From Eledone cirrhosa (taxonomy: Eukaryota): DNA of 64,000 nt. A program made the position numbers and the translations under genes. The notes under the pieces were generated by a model, which ran no database searches, had not been told where the DNA came from, and worked only from the letters and a program-made list of their open reading frames with translations. Below, piece after piece: positions 25,153-37,612 of this stretch; positions within the stretch are counted from its first letter, which is position 1; each line of letters begins with the position of its first letter. The stretch is from assembly GCA_964016885.1 (NCBI GenBank), contig OZ024740.1:313782001-313846000 (forward strand), given 5' to 3'.

Positions 25153-27595
25153 TTCCTGCTACATTGAGTAGGATAGCAATATTTATAGTTTCTGAGGTTA
25201 ACCTTTTAAACATGGTACGGATTACATTAAAAAGTATTTTAGGTTATGCTGACTATGAAGGAGTGATGCTAGAGCTGAGAAATCTTGAATGCATTAATTT
25301 ACAACTGCATTATTTCATTCCAGGGATTACGTTGAAAAATAAACATCATTTGATCATTCCATCAGGGTATCTTGGTCAGCCTATGAACTTTCCAGCCGAC
25401 CCTCGTATATAAGACGCTAGGGTAGTATCTCTTCGTGTTAGAAGATTAATCAATCTGATTTTCATTATAAAGATGTCCGGGAGATTACAGAAGAGCATTT
25501 GAGACGAAATACTGATATCTAAGGAATAACTAGTCTGTCCTATGTTGTGTCGTAGTTCACAACTCTTCTAATTAACTAGATCCTCTGGTACAGGAACAAT
25601 CTTGAATTTCAAGACAGAAGAGTAAATACTTAAATATTTAATTTACTGAAAAGCGAAAAATTATTAATTAGACCATAAACAATTAGCTAAACATAAGATT
25701 AATTTCAGAGCGCCTATTTCCGCAATGAAATTTCCAATTAAATAAACAAATATGATTTTCTCATTTCAAATTGCAAACATATGTCAATTAATTAAGTATG
25801 TGGGTCGGTAAGACAACATATGTCCAAAATAAGAAATATATCTTAATTAGACATACAATTAGGAAACTTAATTTTAGCGTTATTCTACCGATAATAATAT
25901 AGTAAATTTATTGTGTTTTTTGTTGTTGTCGTTGGTGTTTATGACAGTGGTGATGTTTATCTCTGGTCAACTCACCTCAACGAGCAGACCAACCATCACC
26001 ATCTCATTATTTTCGTACGGTGGATTGGCAGAATCGATAGAGCGTCGGAAACCATACTTAATGGCATAGGGTTACGGCCCTTTATATTCAATATCCCCAC
26101 CATCACTACCACAACAACAACAACACTGTTATTATCATCGTCTCGTTGACGCCATCATCGTCGTTGTGGTCGTCTTCGTCATTTTACATGTATTTTCCAT
26201 ATATATGTAAGTACATGAGATCAGTTCTACAACAGTGTCTCGCCACTTGTCACAGCTCTTCATTTTACAATAAACTCAATAACAGAGAAAACTGTCAGCA
26301 TTTATCATGACATTTTTTAAAAATTTAGTCATCCCTTTTTTCTAGATAAATTTTAGCCTATTATTTTAAAAGGAAGGCAAAAGAAATTACACCATTTACT
26401 GTTTCAAGCAGCCCTGATAATTGTGAAATCTGTTTACCTAAGTCTGTTTTTGTAAGAATATAAGAGATCTCTTATGCTTATAATAGTAATAGATTTTATG
26501 TACTATGTATTTTTATGTATTATAATAGGATGGTTTCGATAAAATACATGTCATTACATACATGAATGACTTAACTTTCTCAAATATCTTTAGTAGTGAT
26601 AATAGTACGAAATGTAGCTTAAACCATATGTTAACCGCAAATAATTATATTAGGTTAACAGAAGTTATCCACATATGCTAATATCATTACTTTAACAGAT
26701 GGTAGCTAAGTCAGATACCCAGATGTTCAAAAGTAGTTACGTAATATAAACCCCAAATAAATATTTTACGTTGACATATGAATGTTACAATTCCATCATA
26801 TTAATAGGCAGAAAAAATATGTTATAGTTAGCGGTTATTATAAATGATTTAAGCATCTATTTACTCAGGTTATATTGGAGAGGAAGCATAACTTCACAGA
26901 TTATTAGGAAAGGTATAACGGGTGGTGTTCATGTGTTATCGAGAAATGTTTGTGGTGTTTTTGTTTAAAAAAAAGTGAAGGCACGAGGTCTAGTGATTAG
27001 GATGTTGGATTTACGACCATAATGTCGGGGATTCAATTCCTAGATTAGTTGTGTTCTTGTGCAAAACTCTTCATTTCACATTGCCTCATTATTCTCAGCT
27101 GAAAATGACTAACCCTCCGTTTTGATGTACAAATATCAATTCTGTCATATATGTGACAGAATTGTTATTTTTTAGATGAACATTTACACTTATAGTTATT
27201 ATAAATGATTTAATCGAGTATTTATTGAGGTTTATGGTCAGGTCAAACTGAACCCATGATCACACAAGGTTATGGCAATAACTTGAGTTTTAATTAGTTT
27301 AATGTCTTTCATTATAAATGTGTAATGTAGAATAAAATCAATGTTTTTCAGCTGTGAGATATAAAATAACCAAGACAGGAAGCAATTTTTTATACCGTAA
27401 TATTATTTATTTACGTTAATAAAAAAAATACTCTATTTCGTTAAGTCACAGCTGTAACACAGAATAATGGTTCCTGATTTACGTAGAAGGCCAAAAGTTT
27501 GAGGGGAGGGAAAATTCATTTGTTTTATCCGTAATAATAATTTCTACTATAGACAAAGGGCAAGCAATTTTAGGGGAGGGGAAAGTTGAATAAAT

Positions 27596-27792
27596 CGAGC
27601 CAGTGCATTACTGGTATTTCCTTTTATCGACTCCAGTGCGTTACTGGTACTTCATTTTATCGACCCCAGTGCATTACTGGTATTTCATTTTATCGAGCCC
27701 AGTGCTTTACTGGTAATTTATTTTATCCACTCCAGTCCATTACTGGTACTTTATTTTATCGACCCCAGTGCATTACTGGCACTTTATTTTAT
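27596..27792. repeat. 33-bp tandem repeat x 6 inside a SINE
   Basis: Unit CGACCCCAGTGCATTACTGGTACTTTATTTTAT, bounded by the TCGACCCC motif that occurs twice in the SINE. Confidence 0.9.
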
Positions 27793-27897
27793 CGACCCCA
27801 TAAGGATGAAAGGCAAATCTAACCACGGCGGAATTTGAACACAGAACGTAAAACATGTAGTGTGACGCTCTACTGGTACTGCTTAATCCACCTCCCT

Positions 27898-27983
27898 TGT
27901 AACGCCGAATAATGCATATGGATTACTGTAACGCCGAATAATGCATATGGATTACTGTAACGCCGAATAATGCATATGGATTA
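27898..27983. repeat. 29-bp tandem repeat x 3
   Basis: TGTAACGCCGAATAATGCATATGGATTAC repeated essentially perfectly. Confidence 0.95.
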
Positions 27984-30142
27984 AGTAAAACTGAAAATAA
28001 CACAATATTAGGTTTATAAAAACAGAACAACACGACGGAATAAAAAAAATCCACAATTATTTTTATCTACAGCTTCTTCTACTCAACGGCACATGTAAAC
28101 ATTAAGTCCACGGACTGAAGTTGGCCCGTGGACCACAGTTTCCTACATCTAGGATATCATATTATCGGTGTGTCACTTTAAATAAAGAAATGAACACCAC
28201 AATTCTACATACCCCTTTCCTTAATATAGCAATGATTTCTAATTTTGGCAAAAGGTCAGCAATTTAGGGCAAGGAAAAGTCAATTATATCGACCCCAGTA
28301 CTTCACTGGTACTTTATTTTATCAATCTCACATTAATGAAAAGAAAGGTTGTACTCGTAAAAATACCGCAAAGCATTTTGCCCGATACTCTACCGATGCT
28401 ACCAATCTACAGCCAATTCTCCTATATAAAATAATTGTTTCTACATTTGGCATAAGGCCAGAAATTTGAAGGGAAGAGGAAAGTCGATTAAATCGATGCC
28501 AGTGTGTTATTGGTACTTTATTTTAACGACCCTCGTAAGGACGAAAGGCAAAGGTAACATTGGTGGGGTTTGAACTCAGAATGTAAAGCATGTTCTCGGA
28601 TGCTCTATCGTTACTATCAATCGATTGCCCTATCCTCCATATACAATGATTTCTGATTTAGGTAGAAAGTCAACAATTCTTGGGGGTGAGGAAATCGATT
28701 AAATTGAACTCAGTGTGTTACTGGTACTATTTTTTATCGCTCCTGTAAAAATGAAAGGCAAAACTAACTTCAGCAAAATTTGAACTCAGAAAGTAAAAGG
28801 ACGTAATTATATGCCATAATTTTTTCTGATTTAAATCTACGCCAGTGCATTACTGGTACGTTATTTCATCGAGCCCGTAACGGTGAAAGGAAAATCTAAC
28901 CTTGGTGGGATTTGAACTCAGAACGTAAAGCATGTTGTCCGATGCTCTACCATTATTGCCAATCCACCGCCCTATCTCCAATATATAATCATATTTGTAT
29001 AAAATCTACCATAGAAAACATCAGAAATGAAAGACATGTATCCTATGTAGTCTTTTTATTTAGTTAAGGTCTTCAACCTTTTAAGAAATAGGCAGCTTAA
29101 AGTGGTTTCGATTTTCAGATATAGCTATTTACCTTTACTTACGTGATTAATATGACAGACTGCATTCATCATTCATGCATATTTAAAATCTGTATCAATG
29201 TAAGAAGTAATTACTTCACAATAGTATAACAAGCAAGTATCAAGAAACTCAAGCCGCTGTATAAATTCTTTCTAGTATTCTCCATGTAATATAATCTTAC
29301 ACTTACTGAGATGGAAACTTTACATTATTCACGTTCGTGTCATTCTATTTCAATCCACACCCTTCATTGCTACCCTTCCATTATAAATCTATTCTAAATA
29401 TGAGCAACGCCTACTAGTAGAGACACCTTTCCACAGCCGATTGACGCCATTACAATTCAATGACTTTACATTGAAAAAAGCATAAAACCTTTTCATTTTA
29501 TCCCAATGTCAATATGATTTATCAGTTTTAGATGAATATAGTTGATAATCTTTTATAGTTTAGTCAAAGAATGAAATAATGGAAGCTCTGGTTAATTTTA
29601 TCACGGCCTGTTTGAAAAAGTGGAGGAAAACAAAGAAGATATCTTGAGAACGGAGACTTCGTCCGAATCCCTGCAGCAGAGGGCAAACCATTAAAAATAG
29701 CAGCCACGGGCCATGTGGAAATGTCTTGAACGCGGCGATGGATTAAATCTACAACCACCAAAACACACAGACACAGATACACACACACACAGACACAAAC
29801 ACACACACACACAGATACACGCACCCAAACACATACGCACACACATGCACTCACACAAACACACGCACCCAAGCACACACACACACACGCACCCAAACAC
29901 ACACACACACACACATACACACATGCATATACGCACACATACACACATGCACACATCCAAAAATACACATACACACAAACACACACGCACCCACACACAC
30001 ATACACACATACTTATACACGCACACGTACATACACACGTTCACAAAATAACTTTCAACAACAGCAACAACAAAATCAATGGTGTTTAATTAAACAGAAT
30101 ATGTATTCATTAAGACCAAATCTTGTCTCGAGGTACTTTTGT

Positions 30143-30171
30143 CCCTGGGCAACGCCGGGTATTCAACAAGT
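30143..30171 (+). mobile_element. Possible Helitron 3' terminus
   Basis: CCCTGGGCAACGCCGGGTATTCAACAAGT resembles the GC hairpin plus CTAG-T end of non-autonomous Helitrons, but the terminal motif reads CAAG. Confidence 0.4.
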
Positions 30172-30904
30172 CTAATAAAATATAAAAGATTGTCTGTGTA
30201 TATAAAAACGATTTATTATTGGTCAACTTCTGCTGATGTAAGAGAGAAGAGGCTGAATTACAGCAAAGGCTGCGTCGGTGTTGGTAGCATAGCCTAACAA
30301 ATAACCATCAAATCATATTTTACTGTCTTATCTCTCTCCCTTCCTCTCTCTCTCTTTCTCTCTCTCTCTCTATCTATCTCTTCCTCTCTCTCTTCCTCTC
30401 TCTATCTCTCTCTCTCTTTATCTCACTCTCTTCTATCTATCTCTGCTCTTCTCTCTCACCCTCTTTCTCTTTTCTCTCTCTCTCTCTCTTCTATCTCTTT
30501 CTCTAGCTCTTTCTCTCTGACAACTCTCTCTCTCTCTTCTCTCTCTTATTCTCTTCGCTCTCTCTTCTCTCTCACACTTTCCTTTCTCTCGCTTTGCTCT
30601 TTCTCTCTCTCTCTGTTCTTCCCTTCTCTGTTCTCTCTGTCTCTCTCTCTCTCTTTCTGGCCTCTCTCTCTCTCTCTTTGTTCTCTCTCATTTCTTTCTC
30701 TTTTCTCTCCCTCTCTCTCTCTCTCTTCTCTCTCTCTCTTGCTCTCTCTCTTTTCTCTCTTTCTCTGTTATCTCTCTTTTTCTCTCTCTTTTTTCTATCT
30801 CTTTCCGGTCTCTCTCCCTCTTTCTTTCTCTTTCTTTTCTCTCTCTGATTTCTCTCTCTTTCTTTCACTCCCTCTCTACCCCCCCCTCTCTGTTAGATCT
30901 CCGT

Positions 30905-31200
30905 CCGTTTGCTGACACCAGCTATTCCAGCTGTTCGATCAATGGAACAACCTGCTTATAAAACTAACGTGCTAGTGGCTGAGTATTCCACAGACACCTC
31001 CACCCTTAACGTAGTTCTTACAGTGAATCTGCGTGACACATTATGTGGCAAGGCCATGCCTGCGACCTCCCGGGTACAAATAATTTTCTTTAAGTGGATG
31101 GATAAGACAACGTGAAGTAAAATGTCTTGTTCAAGGACACAACGCGAACATATGGCCTTATAATCCTGAACCAAACCCCTAACCTCCAAGCTATAGGCCT
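30905..31200 (-). mobile_element. Diverged SINE family 2
   Basis: GTGGCTGAGTATTCCACAGACAC...CCCTTAACGTAGTTCT...CAAGGACACAACGC. Confidence 0.75.
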
Positions 31201-31317
31201 TTACCTTGCCTATATACATTCCTAGGTGCTACATGCTAGGGATATTTGTTAGAAATAGAAGAGAAATTACTCTCAAATATTCCCCTACTGCCATGTATAT
31301 ATATATATAGGAAAAAA

Positions 31318-31440
31318 GGAAATAGAAAAAGTATGACCCCGACGGCAGAGCTCAAGCCGATTGGACGGCTATTTCAATCCAGAAATAGCCGTCGAGACGA
31401 CTTGAGCTCTGCCGTCGAGGTCATACTTTTTCCTATTTCC
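31318..31440. repeat. Nested inverted repeat (fold-back element)
   Basis: Arms GGAAATAGAAAAAGTATGACCCCGACGGCAGAGCTCAAG / CTTGAGCTCTGCCGTCGAGGTCATACTTTTTCCTATTTCC, plus inner stem GACGGCTATTTC/GAAATAGCCGTC. Confidence 0.85.
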
Positions 31441-31512
31441 CACTCCACTACCTTAAGTATTGAGTACTCTGGTGCGTTATGGTCCATCTGGTTCCTTACC
31501 ACAATTCCTTTG

Positions 31513-31584
<72 letters not shown>

Positions 31585-31772
31585 CAAAGTAATTAGAGGA
31601 CATATGTCGCAGATAGTCGCAGACATAGAGACACAGTCGCAGATACAGGTATGAGTGTTGGCTACCTTCAAACTTCAGGATGTCATTATTGATATAAAAT
31701 CAAACATATGTCTTGTCTCTTAAAAACATCCCATAGAAAAAATTCAAACAATAACATCGAGCATTCAATCAT

Positions 31773-32041
31773 TATAAAAAAGTGAATGATATATATCTAT
31801 AGACACATAGGTGTATATTAAGACACGTCTAACTTAAATTAGAGACGATCTACACAGAATGTAAGATTACATAATTCGTTTATCTTTATCAGGTATCTAT
31901 GCCTTAATTTTTTGTTCAATTTTAATATGATATCCAACGAATTATGTAATCTTATATTCTGTGCAGATTGTCTCTTGTTTAAGTTTGATGCATCTTAATA
32001 TACACTTATGTGTGTATAGATATATATCATTCACTTTTATA
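31773..32041. repeat. Inverted repeat with ~105-bp arms (MITE-like or fold-back)
   Basis: 31773-31880 is the diverged reverse complement of 31936-32041. Confidence 0.8.
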
Positions 32042-32279
32042 TATATATATATGCTCAGATCAGAGCAAACATCACGGGCGCTCTATCTCAAAATTATTTT
32101 TGAAAAGCATTAGAAATACGCAACCGGTAAAACTTAAAACCAAAACTGAATACTAACCAATACTATTACTAATTCTCACTTATTCCTAATTAAACTATTT
32201 TTCACTGTGAACAATTTGTCAGCGTTTTCTTTTCCGTTTACCAATATACCATAACTTGTGTGTTACACCTCTATTCTTT

Positions 32280-32346
<67 letters not shown>

Positions 32347-32419
32347 TAGGAGGTTCAGTAGAATTCTGGTTTACTGAAGCGGGTACCAAAATCCCTACTC
32401 ACTCTCTCTATATATATAT

Positions 32420-32812
32420 TGTCATCATTTTCCAGCATCGTTGCTAGTCTGTGACCATTGTAAATTGATACGCACTCTCCAGCTATCCCTTTCCAATGCA
32501 CCCTTCTGTGTTAATCACTTTTTTATTATATGTTCCTGTTCGAACGTTTTCTGAGCCTTCCAACAAGTGTGCTGCCATTTAGCTCCATTTTCCATTCTTG
32601 TTGACCGGCTTGTTTTCACCCATCCTGACGACATGCCCAAACCACTTTTATCGCGCCACTAAAATCCTCCCGATTATAGGGTCTACAACCATTTCTTTTC
32701 TGAAAGGATTACCTCCAGTATCATCCAACAAGGAAGCTCCTTTGTTCCTCCGAAGCAATCCCGTTTCGGCGGCTTTCAAGATGTTTTTCTCCCTTGTAAT
32801 TAAAGTCCATGT
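32420..32812 (-). pseudogene. 3' relic of an RTE-clade LINE
   Basis: [22 protein letters not shown] ... *KWFGHVVRM on the minus strand. Confidence 0.75.
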
Positions 32813-32852
32813 CATATATACACATACATACACACATACATACATGTACATA

Positions 32853-32929
<77 letters not shown>

Positions 32930-32943
32930 ACACACAAACACAC

Positions 32944-33006
<63 letters not shown>

Positions 33007-33490
33007 CACGCATACATACATGCAATCACGTACAACTTAGTGTATGAACATTTGTCCAGCCATCATTTACCCCCTCGTCGATCTATTTCTGACATAACTT
33101 CATAAGGACATTACTGTCTTTAGAAGTAAAGAATAGAACACCATGAAGCTTGTTTAATCAGCGACAAAAACTGAAAGCGCTTCTGGCTTTATATATAACA
33201 GGATGTGTATTAATGTTCTCCACACAAGATGGTGCTACTATATAAGATAAAGATAGTCGGCAGTTTAGGTTCAGTATTAATTAACACAACACGGTCGTTG
33301 ATTTGAAAACACAGTGAAAAGATTTGTGTGAACATTTGTTCTGTATATATAATGGTGTGTTTTTCACAGATTAACAAAACAACCTCAAGGCATGTTTGCG
33401 CGGAACTATATGAATACAGGTCAGAGTAGGGACAGAGCTGTGAATATGGTAGCCAAAGGTATTCGATCTATAAGTCTCATTACAAGAGTA

Positions 33491-33577
<87 letters not shown>

Positions 33578-33807
33578 GTAGAGATAAACTGCATATAAAT
33601 ATGCAAGCACGCAAACACACATACATACAAACACAGACGGAATCAATTAAGAAACCTCTACGTGACCTCTCAACCTGCTGGATATATTAACCAAATGTCC
33701 CTAAAAATCATTCACTGTTACCATAAAATGGGAATAAAAACACTGACTGATCTAATTCTTCTGGGATGTTCCGAACTGGAACAGTTGTTACCATATGACT
33801 GCTCTAG

Positions 33808-34417
33808 GGCGGTGGATTGACAGTATTGGTAGAGGGTCGGATGCCATGCTTTGCAGCATAGAGTTACGGCCCTTTATGATCTGGTTTCGAATTCCACCGA
33901 GGTTAACTTTGCCTTTCATCCTTACGGAGTCGATAAAATATAGTACCAGTCATGAACTGGGGCCGATTTAATCGACTTTCCCCTCCCCCAAAATTGCTGG
34001 CCTTGTGCCTATATAAGAAACCATTATATGTCTGCTCTAATGGTGGTGGATTGGCAGTATCGGTAGAGAGTCGGACACCATGCAGCATAGAGTGAGTTAC
34101 AGTCTGAGTTAAAATCCCACCGAGGTTAACTTTGCCTTTCATCCTTACGGGACGATAAAATAAAGTACCAGTAACGTACTGGAGTCGATTTAATCGACTT
34201 TCACCTCACCACAAATTAATGGATTGTGCCTCGGTGAATTGGCAGTATCGGTAGAGGGTTGGACGCCATGCTTTCTAGCATAGTTACGTCCCTTTACGGT
34301 CTGAGTTCAAATCCCGTCAAGGTTAACTTTGCCTTTCATCCTTACGGGGTCGATAAAATAAAGTATCAGTAATGTACTGGGTAATTGCTGGCCTTGTGCC
34401 TAAAGTAGAAACAATTA
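33808..34417 (+). mobile_element. Three tandem SINE family 1 copies
   Basis: Heads GGCGGTGGATTG (33808), GGTGGTGGATTGGCAG (34042) and GGTGAATTGGCAG (34232), each followed by a B box and conserved body. Confidence 0.9.
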
Positions 34418-34724
34418 TATGTCTGCTATATGAAACATGGCCTCAGTCTAAAGAATAACTACACCAATATACAACCACACAAATCATGGGTGTGTGTCTG
34501 TGTGTGCATGCCAGTGTGTGTTATTCGGCATGTGTATAATTATGTCTGTATGTATGTATGTATGTATGTATGCACGTATGTACGTACGTACGTACGTATG
34601 TATGTATGTAGTTTTATATGTATGTACGTATGTACGTATGTACGTACGTGCGTACGTATGTATATATGTATGTATGTAATTATTTATGTATATATGCATG
34701 CACGTATGTGTGGATGGATTGCTG

Positions 34725-34829
<105 letters not shown>

Positions 34830-35529
34830 TGTGTGTCTGTGTGTGTGTGTTAGTAATGGCTGGAGGTAATTGTACAAAGACCGTTGCATCAAACATATAG
34901 AAACTAGACAATTGAAATATTCGAATCCGTGAACATGAAGCTTCCATCTTGTTACTACAATCTGTATCCTCCAGAAATTACTCAGTTTCTACACCCATAA
35001 ACAATGTTTATACATGAAGTGATTAAAAGTTAATAACAATGGGCGTAAATCCCTGAACCACATACGATTGTTCTATTGAAGTTAAAGGTCAACATAGATT
35101 TAACATCTATACATATACAATGAAGCTCGCCTGTTAACGATGACGAGCGCAACCAAAATAGACATTGTCACAAACACATGGAAAACAATATGAACAAAAG
35201 TACGCAGGGACATTAAATCTGATTTAATAACTTTTGGTTTTGATGAAACTCAGGTTATGGCTAAATCCAGTCAGTAAATTTTCAATGGAATTAAATCCCA
35301 ACTCAGATCAGTTTTGGAACAGTTTCAACCATTTTCACGAATTAGATCGAGAAATGTTCTCAATGCAAGCAACATATGATAAACACTTAAAAGAAGCCTC
35401 ATCACTGTGGCTTGACTTGCCCGAAATAAGAACCGAATGGCCGTCAAATGATACACTTAGAATCAGGGGAAAAAATATGATGATGTAATCCTGGATACCC
35501 TATCGAACGCTGAGACTCATCAGTCCCGA

Positions 35530-35770
35530 TGCTTATCCTGATTTCCGTTGTGTGAAGCCACTGGGAGTACATGACGCCCCTTTGGACAAGACCCCAGTCT
35601 ATCGCAAGGTTAAACCTCCAGCTATTGTCGGTACTCATTTTCAGCTGAATATACTGGAACAGCATGAAATGAAGTGTTTTGCTCAATCTCACAATACACA
35701 ACCCAGTCCATGAATCGAACCCACAATATTATGATTGTAAATCCACACGCTTACCATTAGGCCATGCACC
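35530..35770 (-). mobile_element. CORE-like SINE variant
   Basis: Minus strand GGCCTAATGGTAAG...GGGTTCGATTC...TTGAGCAAAACACTTCATTTCA...CAGCTGAAAATGAGTACC. Confidence 0.6.
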
Positions 35771-35901
35771 TCCCATCTATATACTATATATGATCACTAT
35801 TTCAAAGTGTGAGCATATTCATATCTCGGAGTGTTGCCATGCCGTCTATTTCTACAAATTTTAAAATTTGAGCTCATATCTTTGTGTGGTTTTGATTTGG
35901 T

Positions 35902-36162
35902 GATGCAGCGCAAAGGAAGACAAAAAATTACCTGGGATTGTCCGGCTGCTTCCTCTTCGTACCGGTCACCGTCGAGACCTCAGGGGTACTTGGACCCCGT
36001 GCTGCCGAGCTCCTCCGCAAGATCGGAATGTCCGCAGCCTGTCTAAAGAAGGGGACCTGAGAGGTGGGGTGACTGTTGCAGCAGGTGTCGCTGGCCATTG
36101 TCCGTGGGAACGCTTTTGTGGTCTTGTCCGCGGGACGCAGCCCCAGCATCACCGCACCCTAG
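35902..36162 (+). pseudogene. 3' relic of a CRE-like LINE (RLE endonuclease C-terminus)
   Basis: In frame: DAAQRKTKNYLGLSGCFLFVPVTVETSGVLGPRAAELLRKIG...*EVG*LLQQVSLAIVRGNAFVVLS, matching the K..KY...F.P..VET.G..G...Q..S.A..RGNA signature. Two internal stops. Confidence 0.8.
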
Positions 36163-37074
36163 GACAAGAGCCCATCACCCAACCCCTTACCCTCCCCACG
36201 ATTCTGTGACTCTAGAGCCCTTGCCTTTTCCTTTCTTTTCCGTTTTTAATGATTAATCAAAATATTTAGATCTATCCAATAGTTTTGGTTTGTCTTTTTT
36301 TTCATCTGATTGCGCTCTGACTACCTAGTGTACAGATACGTATTCGAGTGTTTTATCAATTGTACCAGACAGACACCTGGCACATTCTCTATAATTCGGA
36401 CTTTAAAATGTGTTTCTGTTACAGTCCCATTACTGAATTATCATATGTTGTAGTTATAAACCATCAGTGAAAATATTCCAGCTTGAGATGGTTAGCCACA
36501 CGGAATTAGTTTGTTAATTATATATTTATTCTTGGTAAATAATACCCAGTTAGAGGTAACTTTTCTATTCGCCTTTCATTGTATTCTATTGCTTACTTTC
36601 ATAACATTTCTACTGCAAAACCTAATGCATATGCAATGTATCGTTTTTCTTCAGTTGACATTTTCATTTATTTTGGGAAACATTGCTATCTCTCTAAACA
36701 TAGAACTGAACTTTTTCAAGCAATTTATCTCTGTTGAAATTTCAGGTACAAATCGCGTGGAATAATGGTTTTATTAGTAGCTGACTTCCGTTTGTACCAG
36801 GCTCTTAGTGCTTATGTTGCTTTTAATATAAGAGTGAATATCAACCTTTAGTCTACTCTATAAACTGTAAGAATCTTGTTTGCTCATTAGTCTTTGTATT
36901 TTAATATCCTAGATTGAAAGGTAGATATAGATACACATATATAACATACTGATATACACACATACATACATACATACATACATACATACATACATACATA
37001 CATACATACATACATACATACACAGAAAGAAAAACAGAGAGAAACGTAGACAGAGAGTCATAGATACATACATA

Positions 37075-37273
37075 ATGGTTTCTTATATAGGCACAAGGCC
37101 AGTAATTTAGGGGGAGGGGAAAGTCGATTAAATCGACCCCAGTGGGTGACTGGTACTTTATTTTATCGACCCCATAAAGATGAAAGGCAAAGTTAACCTC
37201 GGCGGAATTTGAACTCAGATTATAAAGAGACGTAACTCTATGCTGCAAAGCATGGCGTCCGACCCTCTACCGA
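37075..37273 (-). mobile_element. SINE family 1
   Basis: Conserved body and B box. Confidence 0.88.
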
Positions 37274-37305
37274 CATAATGACATACAGATAGACAAGTAG
37301 ACTGT

Positions 37306-37318
37306 AAGACAGACAGAC

Positions 37319-37374
<56 letters not shown>
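37306..37374. repeat. (GACA)n(GATA)n microsatellite at the 3' junction of the Tx1 composite
   Basis: On the minus strand the element ends GGCTAATAAAGAAA followed directly by (TCTA)n. Confidence 0.95.
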
Positions 37375-37612
37375 TTCTTTATTAGCCACAGGGGCACAAA
37401 AGAAGGGGACAAATACAAAGGGGGAAGTTTACATACAATAAAAACGTGTAAAATGTTATCACAAATGGAATTTAAAAAGTTAGTCGATTTTCCCCAATAG
37501 GGGGAGACAGTTTATATAGGTAACACATACCCCCGAAAAAAAATGTGCAACCCTCATCTCCAGGAGTACGAAGAGTTTGTACTCCTTTCCTCTCCTCCTC
37601 CTTTTCCTCAAC

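Larger units (their letters stand above)
27465..28972 (-). mobile_element. Cluster of head-to-tail SINE family 1 copies
   Basis: Copies at about 27535-27895, 28235-28420, 28432-28630, 28645-28830 and 28840-28972. Confidence 0.8.

Noticed and set aside
33808-33900. tRNA-like A and B boxes
   Set aside because: These are SINE heads; there is no cloverleaf or acceptor stem.
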